Positions 9,439 to 20,204 are shown, numbered from the stretch's first letter. The stretch: 64,000 nucleotides of DNA from a virus (IMGVR_UViG_3300011989_000257:160001-224000), one strand, 5' to 3'. Program-made: numbers and translations. The notes: generated from the sequence alone by a model not told the origin.

Positions 9439-10153
9439 TTATTTCAATCTATAAGTATAATCGTAAACCTCATTGTCATTACCATCATAGGCATAAATAG
9501 AATCATCTTCAAACATGATGTCAATGTCTGAACGTTCATCAATTGGATTTTTGCGCATTTTCTTAACCTCTTTATCAAAGGCTTTCTTTGCGCAGTCAAA
9601 CTTACGATGCTTACTTATGCAATCGTCACCAACATATAATTCTAATAACTTTGCCATATCTCTAATCTTTTTTGATTGTTATTATGCCCAACGTCTCCAG
9701 TATGCTTCTGCTCCAAGAAATCCAAAATATTCACGAACACGATGTTGTGTTGCGTCACCATCAGCAACATTGAATGTGGCTCTCATATCCCACTTTCCAC
9801 GTTTCTCAACTCCATTGTTAAATACCTCACCAATAAGGTTTTCCTTTGGAGTTTTCCAAATGACGAGCAATGCCCCATTATCTTTTTTGAACATTGAAAT
9901 CTTTACCATATCTTTATTTTCTTTTTATTTCGTTATAATAAAACTTCTCAATCCTATAATGCTGCTTAATCATTTCACATAGCAAATCACACTGCCCAAG
10001 AGTTACATCGTAATGGTCACGAATGTAGTCAGAGAAATACTCATAAGGTGAACTACTACTACCAATACGGCCATTCCACTTCTCACCAAATGTTTTGGTA
10101 ATTTCAGCAAATAACTTACTTGTCTTGTTTGTTTGTTCTTTAACCCATCCCAT
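9439..10153 (-). CDS. Three hypothetical proteins (9914-10153, 9682-9909, 9439-9657)
   Basis: Packed ORFs after promoter 10191. Confidence 0.7.
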
Positions 10154-10266
10154 AATCTTTATTTCTTTTTAATTGTTATTATTTTGTTGATGCAAAGATA
10201 CGAAAAAAAATTGGATTAACCAAACGATTAACCCAATTTCTTCCAGTTATTTACAATGTTTAACAT

Positions 10267-10545
10267 TTACTCCTTAATGCTAAGGTCATAAGCACGATTT
10301 GTTGCCTTCAAGTCATGTTTGAACTCGCACAACTGCTTCTGATACTCACGTACCTTTGCACGACCCTCAACAAGCGCTTTGGTAAGCTCTTTAAGCCTAT
10401 CTGAACGCTTCTCCTTTTCAGCAGTCCAAATGGGTGTAATCTCAACTCTGATGGACTTGTTTGCTTCCTCACGATTCTTTAACGAGGTGCGTACCTCAAC
10501 TTGCTTTGTGCGAATAACACGCATCTTTGCCAACTCTTTTGCCAT
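10267..10545 (-). CDS. Hypothetical coiled-coil protein
   Basis: ORF. Confidence 0.7.
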   Translation of the reverse strand: MAKELAKMRVIRTKQVEVRTSLKNREEANKSIRVEITPIWTAEKEKRSDRLKELTKALVEGRAKVREYQKQLCEFKHDLKATNRAYDLSIKE

Positions 10546-10645
10546 AGTTCTTATTTTATTTTAAATTTATATTATTTTCCCATTATGGGGGTGCGGTACT
10601 CAATCGTAATGATGTATTGTACTCGCACACCACATACTCTTATTG

Positions 10646-11107
10646 TTATAATTTTTTATTCTTTATCTCCAATATCCTTATCATTTTCTCGTCTTTCGGT
10701 GTCATTGTATGAACCACCTCAAACTTAAGGCTTTTTAGGAACTCATGCAACTCACCAACGCTTGTTTCTTGTGGTATCTCCAACTTCAATTCAAGTGGAA
10801 CACTCTGAACATTGATGAAACTACCCTCATGCAATTCGCCTACTTGCTGCATGATGTATTCCTCAAACTGATTCTTAAATACCACACTTACGGGCGCATC
10901 ATTGATATTCTCATAGGCATATACCCTTGTGTAAGTGAATTTATTTTCATCCTTATGGTATTCAACTTCAAGATGATAAATATCACCATTGCCATCTTCC
11001 ATTTCTTTGAAACAAACCACATAGGTCTTGCCATCAAGCCAATCCTCACCTACTACCTCATAGACAAGTTCGGGAATCATCTTGCTTGTAAAAATCTTCT
11101 TTGCCAT
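10646..11107 (-). CDS. Hypothetical protein
   Basis: ORF after promoter 11141. Confidence 0.75.
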   Translation of the reverse strand: MAKKIFTSKMIPELVYEVVGEDWLDGKTYVVCFKEMEDGNGDIYHLEVEYHKDENKFTYTRVYAYENINDAPVSVVFKNQFEEYIMQQVGELHEGSFINVQSVPLELKLEIPQETSVGELHEFLKSLKFEVVHTMTPKDEKMIRILEIKNKKL

Positions 11108-11187
11108 ATTCTAATCTCCTTTTAATTGTTATTTTGTTGATGCAAAGATACGAAATTCCCTTGAATTAGCCAAGGGAATTAACATTT

Positions 11188-12033
11188 TTAACACTCTATA
11201 AGTGGAACTTCCTCGACACCAAACTCATATTCAAATGCTTCACAACCATATCCGTGTGCTATTGCAAATGCAATTGAACGTATATTAACCCTTTTCATTC
11301 TATCGTTTAGGATTCCACTTTCCTCAATCTCATTGGAAATCTTTGAGATTATATCCTTATCACGCATATCCTTGTCAGACGGAATAGCGCAGATAGACCC
11401 CTTTGTATTATCGTTGGTGTCCACATAATAGACAATATTCACATTCTTACTCATACCAATCATTTGCTACATCATCAGTTTCAAAAATACACTCTGCAAT
11501 TAACTGATTGCGCTCGGCTTCGTCAGTCACACCATCAAGAATGCCACCATAAGGGGAAAGATACTCACCGATTGCATCTGCATCGTAATCATTCACATCT
11601 GTCTCACTCTGATACCAATCAGCAATGGTGGTGCGGTCATTCAAAGTCGAAAGCAAATGCTTGTTGCCCAAGTGGAATGTCTCAATGAATTTCTTTAAAT
11701 CATCAGTCTTTAACTGAATATACTCAAATATAGTATCACTCACCTTGCGACAGAACTGACATTCGTCTGGGTCTGTGCAAACCCACTCTTCCACATCAAA
11801 GTGAATGGTGTTGTCCTTGTTGAATTTGTTGTTGAACATCATAATCCCTAATCTCCTATTCTTTTAAATTGTTATTTTGACATAATACAAGTAAAACTAT
11901 CATATTCATCTACTCCGTATAAGGTAGCAGAACCATTTGTGCGCTGATACGCAGAAAACGCATCACGATAGACCTCATAGTTATTTACTCCGTGCTCTTT
12001 AGCCAATTGATAAAAAGAATATTTCCTTGCCAT
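11188..12033 (-). CDS. Three hypothetical proteins (11872-12033, 11447-11842 acidic, 11188-11463)
   Basis: Operon after promoter 12060; first start corrected to MARKYS. Confidence 0.7.
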
Positions 12034-12122
12034 AATTCTAATCTTTAATTGTTTAACAATGCAAAGATACGAAAAAAATCTGAATTGACCAAACAATCCA
12101 GATTTTTTTAACATTTATTTAA

Positions 12123-12284
12123 TTATGCCATCAGAATACAATTCACGATGAAACCACAGAGAGCAGCTATCAAATAACTATTGGGATTCTCAACCTTGTC
12201 CTTTTGTACAAAGTAACACACAACACCAACGATGGGAATGAGAAATGAACACCCAACACCAAAACAACTTGCTTTTTCTTTCAT
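12123..12284 (-). CDS. 53-aa membrane protein with two predicted TM segments (not in track)
   Basis: MKEKASCFGVGCSFLIPIVGVVCYFVQKDKVENPNSYLIAALCGFIVNCILMA. Confidence 0.65.
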   Translation of the reverse strand: MKEKASCFGVGCSFLIPIVGVVCYFVQKDKVENPNSYLIAALCGFIVNCILMA

Positions 12285-12302
12285 TTTCTTTTCTTTTTTA
12301 AT

Positions 12303-12758
12303 TTATAATAATACTTTATCAGTTCCATCCCAACAAATGTTCCAAAGATTGCCCATTGTGACACACTTTGAACCAAGGCATCTATCATTCTTTGACCATT
12401 TATAGATACGAACTTTGATTGTCCATTGGTCTAACTTATGCCTAAGAGTGTCCAACACTTCATCCCAAGTCGCAATATCCTTGATATGCTTTGGGTCACT
12501 ATTTTTATGCTCTATAATCAATGAGTATGTCATAACTCAATCTACCTCAAAATTCTTCTTATCAAACTCCTTATAGTCAAAGATACAAGCGAACATTTCA
12601 CTTGAATTAGCCGTACAATAGTAGTCCAAGTCTTCAAGGCTCATGTGCTCCATTTCAGCGATTTCGTCCAAACGAATATCAATCAACTCAATTTCAGTTG
12701 GAGTGTATTCATTTTCCAAATCCTTAATGAGATTGTTTCTTACTTCTTTAATATCCAT
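12303..12758 (-). CDS. Two hypothetical proteins (12537-12758 acidic; 12303-12533)
   Basis: After promoter 12782; start corrected to MDIKEV. Confidence 0.7.
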
Positions 12759-12887
12759 ATTACTTATCTTTTTAATTGTAATGCAAAGATACGAAATTAT
12801 TTTGAATCTACCAAAAAAAATGGGAAGAAAATTTAAAAAATCTCTCCCCATTCAAACAAACATTCACAACTTATTAACTTCTCTAAG

Positions 12888-13547
12888 TTACCATTCTTCA
12901 CAGAATTTCACTTCGACAGATGTATCTTTTATTCCTTGGCTTGCAAGGTAATCACTAATCGCCTTATTCAAACCATCTTCCAAACTCTTAGGGTCTTTAA
13001 TGGCTTTGCGCATTGTATGGGTATATACCTCAAACTTCTCATTAAATTTGCATCTATTTGCAGCAAGTTCCTCATATCCCTTATAATCACACTCTGAAAG
13101 CAATCCTGCAAACGAATGGAAATTCGCATCAACCAATCTATCTTCCAACAGAATCTTAATGCGCTTATCAGCCTTTTGGTGCTCACGCATCAACTTCATA
13201 AGAGAATCATATCCATACCCATAATCACACTTTCTGTTTGGGCGATGCACATACTTTTCACGTTCTTCTTCGGTGAAATAGATTGAATCATCTTTGATGA
13301 AATTATCAATACATTCCTTGCACTCTTTGATGTTGCTCGCCCAAGAACCATAATGCTGCGATGGCTTTTTCTCATTGCCCTCTTTACAGAAATCATAATG
13401 AATCTCTTTCTTCTTTGGATAATCAGAATAACGTGATGAATCAAATATGCTACGCTCATACTCAATCTCAGTTACCCTAATGATACGATAACCATTATAA
13501 ACCTCTAAAGGTGTTCTGCTTGTCTTATGACCACTTCTTACTCCCAT
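12888..13547 (-). CDS. Hypothetical protein
   Basis: 219 aa ORF after promoter 13583. Confidence 0.8.
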   Translation of the reverse strand: MGVRSGHKTSRTPLEVYNGYRIIRVTEIEYERSIFDSSRYSDYPKKKEIHYDFCKEGNEKKPSQHYGSWASNIKECKECIDNFIKDDSIYFTEEEREKYVHRPNRKCDYGYGYDSLMKLMREHQKADKRIKILLEDRLVDANFHSFAGLLSECDYKGYEELAANRCKFNEKFEVYTHTMRKAIKDPKSLEDGLNKAISDYLASQGIKDTSVEVKFCEEW

Positions 13548-13634
13548 AATCTAATCTCCTATTCTTTATTTGTTTAACTTGATGCAAAGATACGAAATTA
13601 TTTTGAATTGACCAAGAAAAAAGATAAAAAAATA

Positions 13635-13666
13635 ACCCACAAGTGCCATTTTTAACACTTGCGGGT
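13635..13666 (-). terminator. Intrinsic terminator
   Basis: ACCCGCAAGTG...CACTTGTGGGT + T tract on the minus strand. Confidence 0.75.
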
Positions 13667-13699
13667 CGAAAAGGAGATTTGAATTATTGTTTCACAAGA

Positions 13700-14073
13700 A
13701 CAAGATTATAGGAGGTTTGTTTTCTTGCGTAGGCGAACCTTATTCCCTCTTTGCGATGGATGCCTATCCCCATCTTTCAACTCAATCTTGTCTTATATCT
13801 TAAAAGGAGAAACTAATTAGTGGCGGAGTTGCACTTTCCTTACTTGACTACACAGCCAGCCTCTTCTTCCAAATGCGCATTGGAATGTCAAACGACCTAC
13901 TCTTACCCTTAGACGAGGTTATTTCTCCTTTGGGGCACTCAGATTTCCTAAGTCCTCTGAGTGTTCTTCCCCTTATATCTTTAAAAATGTGGGAAATGTA
14001 CACTAAGTTTACCGCATCACCGCCATGTACCATCACTGACCTGCGCAGTAATATCAGTGACTTTTTGACCCAC
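13700..14073 (-). ncRNA. Cluster of 3-4 candidate structured RNAs in a long 3' region
   Basis: Closing stems at 13700-13791, 13803-13931 (10 bp), 13932-13972, 13989-14073. Confidence 0.5.
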
Positions 14074-14086
14074 GTTTATTATTCTC

Positions 14087-14482
14087 TTACTTCAACAATC
14101 TTTCGATTACTTTTTCGCAGTCCTCAAAGTAGCAATTATTATTGTAACCTCCACGATAGTCTCTTTCATCCTTTGCAGTTCTGCAATACATTGGCTGCAA
14201 CCAATTTCCATCATTTTTTAGGGCAACGTGAGTTCTTCCACCACGTCCACAACCATTGTCATAACTGAAATATACATACTTGTCACCACACTTGATAAAC
14301 CCACTCATGTCATAGTGTCCATACGAGGGATTAACAACCTCTCCATCAAGTGATTTCGCAATCTTCCTCATTGCATTGAAGAAAGCCACTTGAAATGAAT
14401 GAAATTCCTTTGATACACGAAAACCATCGTCCTCTAATGTACGACCATTCCACTTTTTGATAAATGCCTTAACGTCTGCCAT
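14087..14482 (-). CDS. Hypothetical protein
   Basis: ORF after promoter 14509. Confidence 0.8.
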   Translation of the reverse strand: MADVKAFIKKWNGRTLEDDGFRVSKEFHSFQVAFFNAMRKIAKSLDGEVVNPSYGHYDMSGFIKCGDKYVYFSYDNGCGRGGRTHVALKNDGNWLQPMYCRTAKDERDYRGGYNNNCYFEDCEKVIERLLK

Positions 14483-14559
14483 AATCTAAATCTTTAATTG
14501 TTTAACGATGCAAAGATACGAAATTATTTTGTAATAACCAAACTTTTTTGGAACTTTTT

Positions 14560-14847
14560 TTAAAGAAATTCTATTGTTACATTTTCTGTTATCTGTGGGA
14601 ACGTCTTACAGATAATTCTCTTATGCCAATCTGTCAGCACACAACACTGACTAAACTTAAATAGTGCTACATCATGCCGTAAGTCACTGACCTCACCCAT
14701 AAATAATGAAAGCGTCTTGAACTCATTCTCATTAAGACTAAGGGTAGCAACATTAGGCTCGCCATAACTTCCACCAATGCAACTTCCGTCTCCAAACTCC
14801 TTGAAGAACTTGTTCTTATCGGTAATCTTAACCTTAATTCTCTTCAT
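14560..14847 (-). CDS. Hypothetical protein
   Basis: ORF after promoter 14876. Confidence 0.75.
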   Translation of the reverse strand: MKRIKVKITDKNKFFKEFGDGSCIGGSYGEPNVATLSLNENEFKTLSLFMGEVSDLRHDVALFKFSQCCVLTDWHKRIICKTFPQITENVTIEFL

Positions 14848-15006
14848 AACTCTCTAATCTTTAATTGTTTAACAATGCAAAGATACGAAATTATTTTCAA
14901 TTGACCAAACCTTTTAACGTTTTTAACAAAAGAGAAATGGTGGCTAGGCTTTGATTCACTTACCTAGTCACCACCAACGTCAAAACAAATTAAAAAAGAT
15001 TATGAT

Positions 15007-15405
15007 TTATGTGAACTCTTCCAACATATCCTTGAAAGTCAATGGATATAACTCTCTGTTCCTACCACAATCAGCACACATCTTCATGAGGTTGCGCTCA
15101 ACAAACTCCTTGATGATGTCATGAGTGCTTTTCTCATACTTGAATTGGGGAATTGCCACCATTGGATTGTGCTTACCTCTAATCTCAACGAGAACCTTGC
15201 GGATAATCTTTTCTTGCCAAGGGAGATTATACTTTGACTTTAGAATCTTCTCAACAATGCCATTAACAGACATTCCACTATCCTTGAAATATGCTTTGCA
15301 CATTGCACTATCGAGAATAAAATTGGACTTCTTCTTATAAGCCTCAACCAACTTCTCATTCTTTGCTTGTGCTTCCAACTGCTTTCTTACTTTTGAATTG
15401 CTCAT
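15007..15405 (-). CDS. Hypothetical protein
   Basis: ORF after promoter 15433. Confidence 0.75.
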   Translation of the reverse strand: MSNSKVRKQLEAQAKNEKLVEAYKKKSNFILDSAMCKAYFKDSGMSVNGIVEKILKSKYNLPWQEKIIRKVLVEIRGKHNPMVAIPQFKYEKSTHDIIKEFVERNLMKMCADCGRNRELYPLTFKDMLEEFT

Positions 15406-15604
15406 AACCTTTAATGTTTATTTGTTTAACGATGCAAAGATACGAAATAAAGTTGGAATAACCAAACTTAATCCGTTAATAAACGTTAAACACATTTTAA
15501 AGCCCTCTGAGCCACTTTCTCTGTCCAAGTGAATAAGTTATAGGAACAATACGTTTTAACGTCTCAGAAACAAAATAAAACACTATTGGTATTTAAAGTT
15601 CTCT

Positions 15605-15716
15605 CACGTGCGCACGTGTGCGCATAATATATTTAAATTAAAATATAATATTAAATAAATTTATAATAATATATTATATAAGAAAAGAGAATATATTATT
15701 ATATAATAATATATTC
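15605..15716. other. Palindrome-rich, very AT-rich intergenic element
   Basis: CACGTGCGCACGTG (15605-15618) and a perfect 28-nt palindrome at 15689-15716. Confidence 0.6.
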
Positions 15717-15848
15717 CAGAAAAGAAATAAGGGTTTGATTGCTCCCCAACAACCAAACCCTTCAATTTAAAAAGGTTTTATTCCTTGAAAAAATTCAAGG
15801 GAAACTTCCTCAATTTTTCCCTTGAATTATATTATAAATATTATGAAT

Positions 15849-16304
15849 CTATTGTTTCTTCAAGAACTTGTCGAATAAAGACACATACTTCTGACACTCG
15901 GCCATTTCCGCTTCAAGTTTCTTAAGCCGCACATCTTTCTCCCACCAAAGAGCAAACTTGATGTCATTGACAATCTTTTCCAAGTCATTAACAAACAAAT
16001 CTTCCAAGGCAATCTTATTAACGATTTGGAAAGATGGAACTTTACAAATGGGATATTTACGAATCCTTGCGCCATACTCTGTACCCTCGTCATTGGTTGT
16101 ATAAATCGCTCTGCAACCGATATAAACGTACTGCTTAGTAATCTTACCATAGCGGACTTCTTGTTCACCAATACGATTGGCTTCATACTTGCATTGCTTT
16201 AGATATGCTTCGGAACACTCAAAACCTCTGCCTACAATCTTACGGAGTTCAGCAAGTAACTTCTGCTGCTTTTCCTTTAATTCAACGTTTTCTTCAAGTA
16301 CCAT
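15849..16304 (-). CDS. Hypothetical protein
   Basis: ORF after promoter 16333. Confidence 0.75.
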   Translation of the reverse strand: MVLEENVELKEKQQKLLAELRKIVGRGFECSEAYLKQCKYEANRIGEQEVRYGKITKQYVYIGCRAIYTTNDEGTEYGARIRKYPICKVPSFQIVNKIALEDLFVNDLEKIVNDIKFALWWEKDVRLKKLEAEMAECQKYVSLFDKFLKKQ

Positions 16305-16438
16305 AATCTAATCTCCTATATTTTAGTTGTAGTGCAAAGATACGAAATTATTTTCAATTTACCAAAAAAAATAGTGGAAAATGTCAAGATTGAAACAATC
16401 TTTAACGTTTCCAACTTGAAAAAGGAGATTAAAGTGTG

Positions 16439-16523
16439 TAGGGAAGGTGGGATTCGAACCCAACGAGCCCAGATGGGCATGGCTTTTTAAGAGCCACGTG
16501 TCTACCAGCTGCACCACAACCCC
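16439..16523 (-). tRNA. tRNA-Leu(TAA), type II, with imperfect acceptor and T stems
   Basis: GGGGTTG..TGGTAGACAC, TGGCT-CTTAAAA-AGCCA, long variable arm, GGGTTCGAATCCC. Confidence 0.8.
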
Positions 16524-16603
16524 ATATAAAAAAAAATTCCTTCTCTATCTATCACAGACTGAGAAGGAACATAAACGTAATCTAAATGCCATGAAAAACA
16601 CTT

Positions 16604-16894
16604 TTATTCAACCTTGACAAACACCACAGAACCTTTTGTAATGGGGTTCTTTGATAATGCCCAAGTTATTGTTCCCTCAACCTTATAATCGTCCCATAAA
16701 AGTGAAACCTTATCGTGTAAGGCATCAATTTCGGTTAATTCGACCTTATCAACATGAGGTAACACAATCATATCATCACTACCCTTAACACAAGTGTTAA
16801 GCATATTGAAAACACTTTCAGCATTACGTTCAATAACGTTAAACTCAAAGTTTCTATTGATTGCGTCCTTTATGTTATTACTTAGTGTACTCAT
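16604..16894 (-). CDS. Hypothetical protein (probably leaderless)
   Basis: ATG is 2 nt from promoter 16897. Confidence 0.7.
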   Translation of the reverse strand: MSTLSNNIKDAINRNFEFNVIERNAESVFNMLNTCVKGSDDMIVLPHVDKVELTEIDALHDKVSLLWDDYKVEGTITWALSKNPITKGSVVFVKVE

Positions 16895-17057
16895 ATTGCA
16901 AAGATATAAATAAATATTGACAATTCCAAATTTTTAAGAGTTTTTTTAATCTTCTTCCAACTCTTTCTTCCATTTTGTGTAAGTTGGGTCACTTATAATA
17001 TCCCATGCCATAACACCTATGCAGAATAACAGAAATAGTCCAAACATAATTCAATCT

Positions 17058-17303
17058 TTAATAATTATAAACAAGTGAATTGCAAGCCTCTTTTACCGCA
17101 TTGATACGTGCAGTTGTTGAAGCGTTTGTGTAACCACAATTATCAAAGGTTGCGCTCTTATTGGAATGGTCAACCCTTGCAATCTGATTGCCGTGATACC
17201 AAACCTTTGTAATGTTGTTTTCAGTTTTAACAACAACGTTGCTGCCACTCCAATTGGTCTTGCGAGTAACCGCATCACAGATTCTTTCTTGATATTCTCT
17301 CAT
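17058..17303 (-). CDS. Small phage protein
   Basis: HGNQIA...TTARINA; after promoter 17331. Confidence 0.75.
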   Translation of the reverse strand: MREYQERICDAVTRKTNWSGSNVVVKTENNITKVWYHGNQIARVDHSNKSATFDNCGYTNASTTARINAVKEACNSLVYNY

Positions 17304-17375
17304 AATCCTATTATTTAAATTGTTTGATGGTGCAAAGATACGAAATTATTTTCACACCACCAAACTTTTTAGAGA

Positions 17376-18173
17376 TTATTTTTCGATTTTTTCGATTGTT
17401 CCCTTGTCACCATTGATAATATATCCAATTTCCTTTGCGATTGTTGGGAAGAACACATCATCAAAGTATGTGCTTCCGTCACCCTCTGCATAGAGATTTA
17501 CATCAAATTGATATGCTAACGGATAGAGCATTACACGATTGAAAATCTCACCCCAATAGGCGATAATGATACCCTTGATGTCCTTTTTGGCAACAATGTC
17601 ACCATCATTAAGGTTATACCATTGGATAAAGCGAGAACCCAAAGCCTTAACCTTTGCCCAATCGCTTGGTTTCATGCTACCTCTCAACACTCTCACATCA
17701 TCATCATTGGTGAGGTCATAGATGTATGAATCATCACCATATAAGGAACTTTCCTCAATAAATGCGTTCCACAACTGGACAAGCACTTCATCAGTGAGTT
17801 TAATGGTAGCAATGAGGGTATTTTTCTCAACTCCCTTATAGGTATTGACAACCCACTCATTGATAAACTTCTGTTTGTCATAGCCATTCTTTGCCACAAA
17901 CTCCCTAACATTCTCAATGGTTGGTGTTCCCTCTCCCCAATTAATCTTCATGAGGTCATTGTAGAACTCTGTGGTTGGGTCACGGAAGATACCCTCTTTC
18001 TCTGTATAGTCTTTCATGAAATCATCAACGTTCATGCCATACTTCTGATTGATGTATTCAGAAATCTTATCGTCAGAGGGATATTCCAAACCCTTTTTGC
18101 GGCAAATATCACGAATTACCTTGCGGAAACTGATTACCTTATTCGCTTTCTCAACTAAGTTTAATTCTGCCAT
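17376..18173 (-). CDS. Hypothetical protein (start corrected to MAELNL)
   Basis: After promoter 18212. Confidence 0.8.
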   Translation of the reverse strand: MAELNLVEKANKVISFRKVIRDICRKKGLEYPSDDKISEYINQKYGMNVDDFMKDYTEKEGIFRDPTTEFYNDLMKINWGEGTPTIENVREFVAKNGYDKQKFINEWVVNTYKGVEKNTLIATIKLTDEVLVQLWNAFIEESSLYGDDSYIYDLTNDDDVRVLRGSMKPSDWAKVKALGSRFIQWYNLNDGDIVAKKDIKGIIIAYWGEIFNRVMLYPLAYQFDVNLYAEGDGSTYFDDVFFPTIAKEIGYIINGDKGTIEKIEK

Positions 18174-18274
18174 AACTTTTAATCTCCTATTACTTTTAAA
18201 TTGTTTGATGATGCAAAGATACGAAATTATTTTCACATCACCAAACTTTTTAACTTTTTTTAGCCTAACTCATT

Positions 18275-18842
18275 TCAGTTGTTACAAAGAAACTCATAAA
18301 TTTTGTCACAAATTTCTTCGTCTAAATCGTCTATATCCAAGTCAGCGACATACGATATGCCATTATTCTTGTATGAGAACTTCAAACCACAATCATCAAG
18401 AATGGTATCAACTTCTTTATCATCAATGATAATAGGCTTGCCATCAGTCAAAGCCATTAACTCATTGTGCTCAAGTTCACCATAGCCTACTACTGCTTTA
18501 TAAAACTTTCTCTGTGTCATAGGTTTAATCTCTATAAATTGCTACTTCACCAAGTTGTTGTTTTAAATCTCCAAAGCCATCAGTCATGGTGTAAAGGTCT
18601 GCACCATCAGCAATGGCTTTCTGCAAGAAATGAGCATATTCCTCATTGCCCTCACTAAATGCGTCAGCAATCCATACATTTGCCATTTCAGTATCAACCT
18701 CTTCAAAGTCGTACTGCATAAGCCAAAATGGGTCATACTCAACCATTTCTACTGCAATGTCATGCTGCTCTTTTGTCAAACCACAAGATACTACCTCGCA
18801 GTTGTCTAACTTTGTTCTCTGAACTCCTAAAATTGTACTCAT
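18275..18842 (-). CDS. Two acidic hypothetical proteins (18525-18842, 18275-18520)
   Basis: After promoter 18872. Confidence 0.75.
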
Positions 18843-18927
18843 AATCTTTAATGTTTTATTTGTTTTGACAATGCAAAGATACGAAATTTATCCCAATTGA
18901 CCAAATTAAAAGTGTTAAAAAACGCAA

Positions 18928-18957
18928 ATGGGAACTTATCTCACGACAAGTCCCCAT
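18928..18957 (-). terminator. Terminator (GTGA loop) ending the long non-coding transcript
   Basis: ATGGGGACTTGTC-GTGA-GATAAGTTCCCAT-TTGCGTTTTT. Confidence 0.75.
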
Positions 18958-19036
18958 CCAAACAACTAAAAACCTAACAATCTTAAATTATGGAAAACAA
19001 AGAGCGTCTAAACAACGCAAATCGAGAATTTTTGTA

Positions 19037-20032
19037 CCCTATAAAGTGATGAAACTCTCAACTACAAAACGACACGACCGATGGTTAAGTAGCGTATGGC
19101 AACCAAAAAGCAGAATATACGTAATCATCCACTTTCCAATTCCATCATAGGGCATTTAAAAATGTGAGGTGGAACACGTCCGAAATTACATGATGGCAAA
19201 GGCAAGTGCAACTTATTGCATCGCAGTTCGGCATCTCCCATTTGGGGCGCATCGAATCCACCTCACTTGTTTCTCACACCTTTAGTAGCATACTATGACA
19301 ACACCGCAAACGATTAACGTCATAGTCGCTGTGAGTAGGGTTGATTTCACAACTTAATTTGCAGTAATTTAGGGCATGGCAAGCGCATATACTCGGCTAA
19401 ATTGGGTTCGCTCGCCTAACATCGCCCCTCTCTATTAAAAATGGACACCCTATAACTAACACTCCGCATACTTGGTAGTAGAATTGTGCGCACATTACTC
19501 CTACGCAGACATTGTTTCAACTTCGGTATGTCCTAATCGCCCTTGGTAAGTGGTTTAATGGGCCATTCGGCATCGCTCTTGCTGACCTCCGTAGAGGTGG
19601 CTAAGCGTAATGTGTCTCGGAAATGGCGGCTCTTTGGATATTGGTCGCTCATTGACACTTAATTGGCTCGGACGGAACTATTTATGTTCCAAATTCACTT
19701 AACTCCACGGCTTAAGTTCATTCATACGACGGCATTGTAACGTTACACGAACTTTACCCTATCTCCGCCTAATTGGGGTTTTGTAATTATGGTTAAATTT
19801 ACTTTTTATCAGTGTTATATATATATATCATTCCTTAGTTGGGTCGGTCTCTAATCATACTCTATGTGTGCGAGCATAGGGGCAATCTCGCTTTATATGT
19901 TCTCCCCTTAAAATTTATAATCGGCGCAGTAATCTAAAAAAATTATTTTCCTAAACTTAATACCCTTATGAGGGCGGAGGTCTTTCCATTATCTTTCCTC
20001 TTTAGTAAACTTGGGTGCTTACCCCAACTAAG
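19037..20032 (-). ncRNA. ~1-kb structured non-coding transcript (array of RNA domains)
   Basis: Promoter 20043 to terminator 18928 with no ORF >=60 aa; closing stems at 19834-20032 (10 bp), ~19447-19795, 19371-19429, 19273-19335, 19164-19266 (10 bp), 19037-19152. Confidence 0.7.
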
Positions 20033-20117
20033 CGTTTTGTAATGCAAAGGTACGAAATTTTTTTGAACTGACCAAACTTTTTCGGTGTTTTAACTTCGTT
20101 TAACCTTTGAGAAAATT

Positions 20118-20200
20118 AGGTAGGGTTTCCCCAATCTTGGTACTGACACCGCCACTATCACGAGTTGCTGACCATTTGTTGGCTTGTTTTATCCCTACCT
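20118..20200 (-). ncRNA. Candidate structured ncRNA, family A copy 2
   Basis: AGGTAGGG/CCCTACCT stem; homologous to 790-896(+). Confidence 0.7.
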
Positions 20201-20204
20201 AAGA

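Noticed and set aside
13803-13931. RNase P RNA, suggested by GGAAAGTGCAAC (and GAGGAAAG near 19995)
   Set aside because: The other conserved regions (GAGGAAAGTCC, AGAA..CGGCT) and the required size are missing
16370-16438. Theta/HDV-like ribozyme after the tRNA
   Set aside because: The trailer is AT-rich with no recognisable nested double pseudoknot
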